Shown here one piece after another: positions 8,495 to 15,631 of a DNA stretch of 15,631 nucleotides; the first letter of the stretch is position 1; each line of letters starts with the position of its first letter. A program made the position numbers and the translations under genes. Origin of the DNA: Candidatus Binatia bacterium (GTDB taxonomy: Bacteria > Desulfobacterota > Binatia > Bin18); the NCBI GenBank assembly GCA_963664395.2, contig CAXXIS010000011.1, positions 1 through 15,631 on the forward strand, written 5' to 3'. The notes beneath the pieces are model-generated. The model was not told where the DNA came from and made no database searches. It was given only the letters and a program-made list of their open reading frames with translations.

Positions 8495-9293
8495 TCAGCC
8501 TGTTTGGATACTCAGCATATTCGGGAGTCCGGTATGTGCGGTCACGCCACCGTCCACAGCGAGCGCCTGACCGGTGATAAACGAGGCTTCATCCGACGCC
8601 AGGAACAGCACCGTATTGGCAATTTCTTCCGGCTCCCCCATGCGGCCGAGTGGATGAGCTGCGCCTTGGAGACGGCGGAATTCGTCGGCTCGATCGCCGC
8701 TTAAGAGTTGGGCCACGCGAGTGTTAATCGCTCCGGGGCAGACGCAGTTCACCCGGATCTTATATTTGGCGTTCTCAATCGCTGCCGCGCGGCTGAGGTT
8801 GATCACACCGGCCTTGGCCGCATTATACGCCGACATGCCGTAGTCGCCGCCTATGCCGGACACGGACGCGGTGTTGACGATAGAGCCTTTTGCCTGCTGA
8901 CGCATAATTGGCAGGCAGTACTTCATGCCCAGAAATGTTCCGGTCAGCGTGACAGCAATCGTCCGATTCCAGCTTTCGAGGGACGTGTCCTCAAGCAGGG
9001 CCAGCTCCCCGAGGCCGGCATTGTTAAACATGACATCGAGACGGCCATAGGTATCGAGCGCGAGCTGAAGCGTGGCTTGGATGCCTTCCGGGTCAGAGAC
9101 ATCCATTTTGATCATGGTCGCTCTCCCACCCGTGTCATTAGATCTGCGCAGTGATCGCTTCCGCCCGTTTCCCACTCAAATCTGCTACGATGACCGCCGC
9201 ACCTTCCTGTGCAAAGCGGACTGCTGACGCAGCACCGATCCCAGAGCCTCCAGCGGTGACAACCGCCACCTGTCCGTCGAGTTTCCCGGCCAT
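8495..9293 (-). CDS. Classical short-chain dehydrogenase/reductase (SDR), apparent +1 frameshift at about 9140
   Basis: ATG 9293 with a GGGGAG RBS gives MAGKLDGQVAVVTAGGSGIG...VIVADL. Removing one T at about 9140 joins it to NDTGGRA... with FNNAG, IVNTAS, YNAAK, IRVNCVCPG and ASFITGQALAVDGG. Confidence 0.9.
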
Positions 9294-9364
9294 AGATATC
9301 TCCCCTGGCTTTTTTCTTTGGATAGCACAGTGTGGAGGGGCAAGACAGCCTCGTCCTTACAGCG

Positions 9365-10114
9365 TCAGGAAGGGGGAAAGGGCGGCGTTGCCAGAGGCGG
9401 CTCTCGCTCTGAGTCCGCGCCTGGTTCTGCCGCCGGCCGAACCGGCTGGGTCAAATCGGGATGTTCTTTTTCAGGAGCCGGACTCGTTCCCGCGTCTGTT
9501 TCGGGTAGATCGGGCACAAGAGCGGCAAGATTGCGACTCAAGTCGTCGATGGCACGAACAACCTGAGCGTCGGTGAAGGTCCATAAATTACGGACGGCAC
9601 TGGTTAGCAGACTCACCGGGGAGAGCGGCAGCCCCGCGTCATGCAAACGCGTTGTATAGGTCTCGTGAATAAGCGTGCGACCGGTGGCCGATTCTACAAT
9701 TTGGAGCGTACCTTCAAGGGCCAGTTGGGAATAGAATCCTACGTAGATCCGATCCAGCTTCGAGACCCGGCCATACACTAAAGCGTCACAATTGAGTTTC
9801 CGGCCAAGTGCTTGTGGCGTCAGGCTGCGCCAATTGTCTACGCCCACAAGCGCCGCGTCTATTTCGTACAACTCAGTATCAGTAAAACGTTTGAGGCTCA
9901 GATGACCCGCGACCCCTTGGCGCACCTTTTCTGCCAGCCCATCAATAGGGCTCGTGTCTTCAAAGGGCAGGACGCACAGCTGTTTTTTGTGTTGAGGGGC
10001 TTGGGTACTCCAGGTCACAAAGTTTTGGGTGGGTGTGGGTGGCTTGTTTGACGAACAGGCGGGCAACAGGAGACACAGCGCCATCCCACATATCCTGACT
10101 GCCCCTCCCCACAT
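9365..10114 (-). CDS. Putative lipoprotein, DUF799/GNA1162-like (CsgG/TolB-N-like fold), Pro-rich C-terminal tail
   Basis: AAGGAG RBS, lipobox-like LLLPAC followed by SS, and segments LCVLPFED, PQALGRKLNCDALVYGRV and LQIVESATGRTL. The family call is by resemblance only. Confidence 0.65.
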   Translation of the reverse strand: MWGGAVRICGMALCLLLPACSSNKPPTPTQNFVTWSTQAPQHKKQLCVLPFEDTSPIDGLAEKVRQGVAGHLSLKRFTDTELYEIDAALVGVDNWRSLTPQALGRKLNCDALVYGRVSKLDRIYVGFYSQLALEGTLQIVESATGRTLIHETYTTRLHDAGLPLSPVSLLTSAVRNLWTFTDAQVVRAIDDLSRNLAALVPDLPETDAGTSPAPEKEHPDLTQPVRPAAEPGADSEREPPLATPPFPPS

Positions 10115-10242
10115 CCGCGTCTCCTTCTACAGTCGGGTAGGCTCCAGACCCCGTTCCCGACATGACTGGTATAGCAAGTTTTCGGACAAAGGAAAAACAC
10201 ATGGCCCTGAACTCAAACTGTTCCACGCCTCGTGCCGATCCT

Positions 10243-10291
10243 TGAGAATCCCCTGAGAATCCTTGTCGATTCCCAGGAAAGCCGCTACAGT
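10243..10291 (+). promoter_or_regulatory. Sigma70-type promoter for the amidohydrolase operon with upstream tandem direct repeat
   Basis: TTGTCG(10263-10268), 17 nt, TACAGT(10286-10291). TGAGAATCC is repeated at 10243 and 10254. Confidence 0.5.
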
Positions 10292-10326
10292 CCGGGCGAT
10301 ACGGGCCGGTAAGAGAGGGAAGCGTT

Positions 10327-12012
10327 ATGCACTATGACCTGCTGATTAAAAATGGATTTCTGGTCGATGGCTCAGGCCAGCCCGGCTATTATGGAGATGT
10401 GGCGGTTGCAGAGGGCAGCATTGCTGCGATGGGCAAAGTCGACGGCCCGGCGACAGAGGTCATTGACGCCAAAGGGCTGGTCGTCTCCCCTGGATTCATC
10501 GACGTTCATACCCACTATGATGCCCAGCTTTTTTGGGACCCGCTGGCAACGCCCAGCTCCTGGCATGGCTTCACCAGCGTCTTCATGACCAACTGTGGCT
10601 TTGGCCTGGCGCCGTGCAAACCGGCAGACCGCGACTATATCACCCGCATGCTGGCCAAAGTCGAAGGCATACCGCTGGGCAGCCTCAAGGCCGGGGTGCC
10701 CTGGACGTGGGAATCGTACGGCGAATATCTCGACGCCCTCGACCGTCAGCTCGGGGTGAATGTCATGGCCTTAGCCCCGCATTCAACCATCCGCTACAAC
10801 GTGATGGGCGATGACGCCCGCAGACGACCGGCCACCCAAGACGAAATTATGGCCATGCAGGCGGTTGTGAAAGAGTGTGTCGAAGTGGGCGCGTTCGGCT
10901 TCTCTTCGTCATATGGACCAGTCCATTTTGACGGGGATGGCATTCCCGTGCCCAGCCGTTTTGCCGAAGAAGACGAAACCGTTGCGTTAGCCAGTACACT
11001 AAAAGATTTCCATCGTGGCACGGTGTGTGTCATCCCACCAGGTATTCCAACCGTGGGTCCCAAAGATATGGACTATCTGGCCCGCTTATCAAGAGAAAGC
11101 GGACGCCCGGTGCTGTGGAATCTGTTGTCTCAGACGTGGGCCGCCCCCGACCATTGGAAACAAGTGCTGGATTGGACCGAAGACGCCTTTCGCGCCGGCG
11201 CTCGGGTCCATCCCCTGTCCTTGTGTGAACGTTTCGATCTTACTTTCTCACTGCGGGGTGCCGTGTTTGAGGACCTGCCGGCGTGGAAAGCCGCCATTCA
11301 GGGCCGTCGTCCCGAGAAGATCGCCAATCTCTCGGACCCTGCCCATCGGGCCGCCATGCAGCGTGACCTGGACGATCCATCCCCGAAGGTTTTCTCAAAG
11401 CGTATGCAGGACATCTGTGTCGATAGCGTCCGCCAAGACGAACACCAGCACCTGGTTGGCAAAGACTTGGTGACCATTGGCCGAGAACAGGGCAAAACGC
11501 CGCTTGAAGCCATGCTCGACCTGTCGGTTGCCGAAAACCTGGATACCCAGTTTCTGATCACCGGCTTTCAGAATGGCGACGAAGAAGCCGTGCGCGCCCT
11601 GGCCACCAACCCTTATGTGTTGACGGGTGGCTCGGATGGCGGCGCCCATATTTCGTTTTTGTGCCAGGTGACCTACCCCAGCTTTCTGTTGAGTCACTGG
11701 GTCAGGGAGAAAAAGGTGCTCAGTCTGGAACAGGCGGTCAGTCGGCTAACTTTTACGCCCGCCCAACTGCTCGGCATCCCCAAGCGGGGTCTGCTCAGAC
11801 AGGGCATGGCCGCAGACCTGACGATTTTTGATCCCGATACTGTCCGGGCCAAGCCCAAGGAATTCGTTCAGGACTTTCCCGGCGGTGCCTCGCGCCTGGT
11901 CGCTCGCTCCGAGGGCTATCGGTATACCGTTGTCAACGGACAGGTCCTGTTGCGCGATGGCGAACCGACTGGCGCCCGACCCGGCCGCGTGCTGCGGAGC
12001 TATGAACAGTAA
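10327..12012 (+). CDS. Amidohydrolase, N-acyl-D-amino-acid deacylase (D-aminoacylase)-like family
   Basis: 561 aa with a GAGGGA RBS. Motifs YDLLIKNGFLVDGSG, PGFIDVHTHYD, TNCGFG, GSDGGAH, RGLLRQGMAADLTIFDP and TVVNG. Confidence 0.9.
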   Translation: MHYDLLIKNGFLVDGSGQPGYYGDVAVAEGSIAAMGKVDGPATEVIDAKGLVVSPGFIDVHTHYDAQLFWDPLATPSSWHGFTSVFMTNCGFGLAPCKPADRDYITRMLAKVEGIPLGSLKAGVPWTWESYGEYLDALDRQLGVNVMALAPHSTIRYNVMGDDARRRPATQDEIMAMQAVVKECVEVGAFGFSSSYGPVHFDGDGIPVPSRFAEEDETVALASTLKDFHRGTVCVIPPGIPTVGPKDMDYLARLSRESGRPVLWNLLSQTWAAPDHWKQVLDWTEDAFRAGARVHPLSLCERFDLTFSLRGAVFEDLPAWKAAIQGRRPEKIANLSDPAHRAAMQRDLDDPSPKVFSKRMQDICVDSVRQDEHQHLVGKDLVTIGREQGKTPLEAMLDLSVAENLDTQFLITGFQNGDEEAVRALATNPYVLTGGSDGGAHISFLCQVTYPSFLLSHWVREKKVLSLEQAVSRLTFTPAQLLGIPKRGLLRQGMAADLTIFDPDTVRAKPKEFVQDFPGGASRLVARSEGYRYTVVNGQVLLRDGEPTGARPGRVLRSYEQ

Positions 12013-12015
12013 TCC

Positions 12016-12861
12016 ATGCTGAAACACACCTTCCGCCACATCCAGGGTATTGGCGAGAGAACTGAGAAGCGGTTGTGGAAAGCCGGCGTCACCAGTTGGG
12101 AACAATTCCTGGACAACCCGACACTTGGCCGGCTGCCTCAATGGCGACAAGACGAAGCGCGTTTTGAACTTGAACGCTCATTGATTGCGCTCGAAAAACG
12201 GGACGCCCAGTACTTCATCACGCGCCTCCCACACCAGCTCCATTGGCGGCTGTATGCGGAGTTTTCCGAGCGGGTTGCGTATCTTGATATTGAAACGACC
12301 GGCCTCGGCGCTGAGGAATCCATGATTACCGTTATCGGCATATACGATGGCGAGCGGCCGCGGGTCTATGTGCACGGCCATAATCTGGAACAGTTTGTGA
12401 CAGATATTGAAGCCTTCACTCTCCTCGTCACGTATAACGGCAAGCAATTTGACCTGCCCTTTCTTCGCACCAAACTCGGCATTCCCCTCAAGCAGGCTCA
12501 TATTGACCTACGTTATCCACTCGCTGCGCTGGGGTATAAGGGCGGTCTGAAAAAAATCGAAAAGCGCCTGGGCCTTGAACGTCAGGGATTGGTTTCCCAT
12601 TTGGATGGCTGGTGCGCGGTGGTGCTATGGCGGTATTATGAGCGCGGTGAGGCCGGCGCTTTGGAAACCCTCCTCCACTACAACCTTGAAGACGTCATTC
12701 ATCTCCCCGCTTTATTGGCTGAGGTATATAATACTACGGTTCGAGATATGCCGTTTCCGGTCGCGCCCGTGACTATGCCGGACCCACCGGCCCTTCCTTT
12801 TCAGTATGACGAAGCGGTCATTCGGCGCGTGCTTGCCGAGACCGGCCGTTTGCCGCAGTAG
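12016..12861 (+). CDS. YprB-like RNase H-fold (DEDD) exonuclease with N-terminal helix-hairpin-helix
   Basis: HhH-like HIQGIGERTEKRLW, ExoI YLDIETTGL, ExoII VTYNGKQFDLPFL, HIDL, GGLKKIE and ExoIII YNLEDV. Confidence 0.85.
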   Translation: MLKHTFRHIQGIGERTEKRLWKAGVTSWEQFLDNPTLGRLPQWRQDEARFELERSLIALEKRDAQYFITRLPHQLHWRLYAEFSERVAYLDIETTGLGAEESMITVIGIYDGERPRVYVHGHNLEQFVTDIEAFTLLVTYNGKQFDLPFLRTKLGIPLKQAHIDLRYPLAALGYKGGLKKIEKRLGLERQGLVSHLDGWCAVVLWRYYERGEAGALETLLHYNLEDVIHLPALLAEVYNTTVRDMPFPVAPVTMPDPPALPFQYDEAVIRRVLAETGRLPQ

Positions 12862-12903
12862 CGGAATCAGTCTTCCTGCAAGCCCGCGGATAGCCTCAAA
12901 TAA

Positions 12904-12921
12904 TCCCCTCTTGGGAGGGGA
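12904..12921. repeat. Short REP-like palindrome
   Basis: TCCCCTC-TTGG-GAGGGGA is a perfect 7-bp stem, with the same architecture as 47-64. Confidence 0.45.
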
Positions 12922-12927
12922 GACAGG

Positions 12928-12966
12928 AGCCACCGGCCCTCGGCGAGAGCCGGTGGCTGTTTTTCT
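12928..12966 (+). terminator. Rho-independent terminator between the convergent exonuclease and BVMO genes
   Basis: 10-bp stem AGCCACCGGC(12928-12937)/GCCGGTGGCT(12949-12958) followed by GTTTTTCT. Confidence 0.7.
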
Positions 12967-12978
12967 CCATCGGGCTGC

Positions 12979-14631
12979 TCAGCTCAGGACGAAGCCCTCG
13001 TAGGCATTCTCGACGACCTGTTCACAGCGTTCGACATAATCCACCCAATCCACATAGGGCATGAACACCCGGGGTTTCCCTGGAATGTTGGCGCCTTGAT
13101 ACCAGTTGTCACACGCGTTCCACAAGGTTTGATTAGCGAGTTCCTGTATGCGCAGATGCCAGGGACCTTCGGCTTCGACGGTGGCTTCGATGGCGGTGTG
13201 GCGGTGGTGGCGCATATAGTCGAGACAGGCCCCAATCCAATTCACATGCTGCTCAATGCCTGGGATCATATTCGCCAGGACAGACGGACTCCCCGGCCCC
13301 GTGATGGTAAACAGATTGGGAAAGCCGGCCGACGACAACCCAAGATAACTGCGTGGACCTTCCGCCCATTTCTCTTGGAGGGTCAGGTTGTTTCTGCCTC
13401 GAATATCAATCCGCAGCAGCGAACCGGTCATGGCATCAAAGCCCGTCGCAAACACGAGGCAATCAAGCTCGTGCTCCACGCCGTCAACCAGTACGCCCTT
13501 TTCCGTGATCCGCTCAATGCCCGCTGTGCGGCAATCGACCAGGGTCACATTGGGCCGATTATAGGTTTCAAAATAATGGGTATCCATGCACGGCCGCTTA
13601 CACGCGTACACATGCTCCGGCAGGAGCGCCTCGGCGACCGTGGGGTCGTGCACCGTTTCCTGAATCTTCTTCTTGATAAAGTCGGCCACCGTATTATTGG
13701 CCTCAACATCGTTCATCGAGTCGGCGTAGGCCAGCAGCAGCGACATGCCGCCCAACTGCCAGCGCCTTTCGTATTCACCCTCGCGCTCGACGTCGCTCAC
13801 CTCAAAGGTCTTCTGCGCGTTCAGGTATTGGTTGATATCCATGGCCAGCGGCAGCCGGTTGTTGCGGGCGCGAAAGCCGGCGTAATCCGCTTTGATCCGT
13901 ACCTCTTCTTCCGGGTCGGTCGGCTGGTTGCGCTGCGGCACGGAGTATTGCGGAGTGCGCTGAAAGACACTCAGGTGGCCGGCCTGCTCGGCAATGACGG
14001 GAATGGCCTGAATGCCGGTTGAGCCGGTGCCGATAATGCCAACGCGCTTGCCCGTAAAATCGACGCCTGCATGCGGCCAATTACCGGTGTGAAACCATTC
14101 GCCTTCGAAGTCTTCGATGCCTTCAAAGTTCGGGATGTTCTTGGACGACAGACAACCGGTGGCCATGATGCAAAAAGTCGCGGACACCTGCTCGCCCGTA
14201 TCGGTCGTCAGCGTCCAGGTGTTGGTCTCTTCGTTATAGACGGCCCGCTCAAGCGACGTGTTGAACTGTATGTCTTTGCGCAGATCAAAGCGATCGGCCA
14301 CGTGGTTGGCGTAGGCCAGAATTTCAGACTGATCGGAGAATTTTTTTGACCACTGCCACTCCTGCTGAAGGTCTTCCGAGAACTGATACGAATACTGCAA
14401 GCTGGGCACGTCGCAGCGGGCGCCGGGATAGCGGTTCCAATACCAGGTGCCGCCGACATCCGTGCCGCGCTCAAACACGCGGGCCGAGAAGCCCATCTCG
14501 CGGAGTTTATACAGCATATACATGCCGCCAAAGCCGGCGCCGACCACGACCGCATCAAAATGGGGCGGGGTCTCCGCGCTGACCGGATAGGTTGCGTTCG
14601 TATCAAGTGTGGTGTTCTGAATGTCCGTCAT
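12979..14631 (-). CDS. Type I Baeyer-Villiger monooxygenase (cyclohexanone/phenylacetone/steroid monooxygenase-like)
   Basis: 550 aa with a GAGGAG RBS. GAGFGG, GGTWYWNRYPGARCD, fingerprint FEGEWFHTGNWP, GTGSTG, QRTP, catalytic Arg in CKRP, and ATGFD. Confidence 0.95.
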   Translation of the reverse strand: MTDIQNTTLDTNATYPVSAETPPHFDAVVVGAGFGGMYMLYKLREMGFSARVFERGTDVGGTWYWNRYPGARCDVPSLQYSYQFSEDLQQEWQWSKKFSDQSEILAYANHVADRFDLRKDIQFNTSLERAVYNEETNTWTLTTDTGEQVSATFCIMATGCLSSKNIPNFEGIEDFEGEWFHTGNWPHAGVDFTGKRVGIIGTGSTGIQAIPVIAEQAGHLSVFQRTPQYSVPQRNQPTDPEEEVRIKADYAGFRARNNRLPLAMDINQYLNAQKTFEVSDVEREGEYERRWQLGGMSLLLAYADSMNDVEANNTVADFIKKKIQETVHDPTVAEALLPEHVYACKRPCMDTHYFETYNRPNVTLVDCRTAGIERITEKGVLVDGVEHELDCLVFATGFDAMTGSLLRIDIRGRNNLTLQEKWAEGPRSYLGLSSAGFPNLFTITGPGSPSVLANMIPGIEQHVNWIGACLDYMRHHRHTAIEATVEAEGPWHLRIQELANQTLWNACDNWYQGANIPGKPRVFMPYVDWVDYVERCEQVVENAYEGFVLS

Positions 14632-14698
14632 AGTGTGCTTCTCCTCTTCTTCCGCGAGTGCGGCCAGGCACTCTTTCGTTCAATCGTGCTCAGTTCGT

Positions 14699-15631
14699 TC
14701 AGTTCGCGGCCTGGACCTCATAGGCATCACCGTCCGGCTGCGTCGTCCGCGCGGTGAACTCGTCCATGGAATGGGGCCAGTTGGTCACGAAACGGCCGGA
14801 CCGGGAGCGATAGTAAAAATCGTTGCCACAATCCGCCTGCCAGACATCCACGGCGCTGATGTCGCGCTGCAATTGAGCGTTGAAATCCTGCATGACATCC
14901 GGGCGAATATCTATCCAGGCGAGCTGCTCGTCGTCGATCCGCTTGAGCTGGCGCATGATGTAGTCACACTGACACTCCAGCATGAACAGAATCGAGCCCT
15001 GGTTGGTATTCGGACCATACAGCATGAAGAGGTTCGGAAAGCCGGTGGTCGTCATGCCCAGGTAGGCTTGGGCGCCATCGCTCCAGGCGTCGTTGAGACG
15101 CAGGCCGTCACGCCCGGTGACATCCAGGGCGGTCAGATAGGTGGTGGTCTCAAAACCGGTTGAGTAGATGATGGTGTCGAGCTCGCGCGCCTGACCGTCT
15201 CGGGTGACAATCGAGTGTGGCGTGATTTTCTCAATGGTTTCGGTCAGGAGTTCGACGTTGGGGCGATTGAAAACAGGGTAGTATACGTCGGAAAACAAGG
15301 GGCGTTTGCAGCCGAAGGGATGGGTCGGCGTCAGTTTGCGGCGCACGTCGGGATCTTCAACAACGGCGAGCCGTTCCAGGCCGGCCCGTTCGATCTCGGC
15401 CAGCATTTTTTTATCATTAAATGTGCACAGCGTATTCCAGGCCTGATAGATTTCGGCTCGATTCTCCCGGACCACGCTCGGATTTTGACGAAAGTATTCG
15501 AGCTGTTCTTGTGTGTACGGCGTGTTGCCTTTGGGCACAACCCAGTTTGCGGTGCGTTGAAACAAACATAGCTGTTCGACCTGGGGAGCGATTTCGGGGA
15601 CAAATTGAATCGCACTGGCGGCAATGCCGAT
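14699..15631 (-). CDS. Second BVMO/FMO-type flavoprotein monooxygenase, 5'-truncated by the window edge
   Basis: The frame is open from 15631: IGIAASAIQFVPEIAPQVEQLCLFQRTANWV, PFGCKRP, IIYSTGF, AYLGMTTTGFPNLFMLYGPNTN. Confidence 0.9.
   Translation of the reverse strand: MGIAASAIQFVPEIAPQVEQLCLFQRTANWVVPKGNTPYTQEQLEYFRQNPSVVRENRAEIYQAWNTLCTFNDKKMLAEIERAGLERLAVVEDPDVRRKLTPTHPFGCKRPLFSDVYYPVFNRPNVELLTETIEKITPHSIVTRDGQARELDTIIYSTGFETTTYLTALDVTGRDGLRLNDAWSDGAQAYLGMTTTGFPNLFMLYGPNTNQGSILFMLECQCDYIMRQLKRIDDEQLAWIDIRPDVMQDFNAQLQRDISAVDVWQADCGNDFYYRSRSGRFVTNWPHSMDEFTARTTQPDGDAYEVQAAN

Noticed and set aside
14690-14706. TCAGTTCG duplicated across the BVMO stop codon
   Set aside because: An 8-bp micro-duplication with no element between the copies. 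Insufficient for a target-site duplication call.

Overview
A GC-rich, gene-dense bacterial window dominated by redox and catabolic enzymes. In order it holds a PNPOx-like flavin-binding protein and an LLM (F420-type) oxidoreductase on the minus strand, a divergent TonB-dependent receptor, a stand-alone ferredoxin:thioredoxin reductase catalytic subunit, a D-2-hydroxyacid dehydrogenase and a second LLM oxidoreductase. These are followed by a Phd/YefM-VapC toxin-antitoxin pair, an SDR with a highly degenerate TrpC (IGPS)-like TIM barrel, a DUF799-like lipoprotein, an N-acyl-D-amino-acid deacylase-like amidohydrolase coupled to a YprB/RNase H-like exonuclease, and two tandem Baeyer-Villiger monooxygenases (the second runs off the window). 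Five genes between about 4170 and 9140 carry six small apparent insertions, and one gene has an in-frame amber stop. These are most simply sequencing or assembly errors, and they explain many odd ORFs in the supplied track. The most unusual item is the TrpC-like protein, which by eye alignment has lost almost all IGPS catalytic and phosphate-binding residues while keeping an intact frame. No rRNA, tRNA, CRISPR array or transposase was recognised. All family calls are from motif recognition, not database searches.
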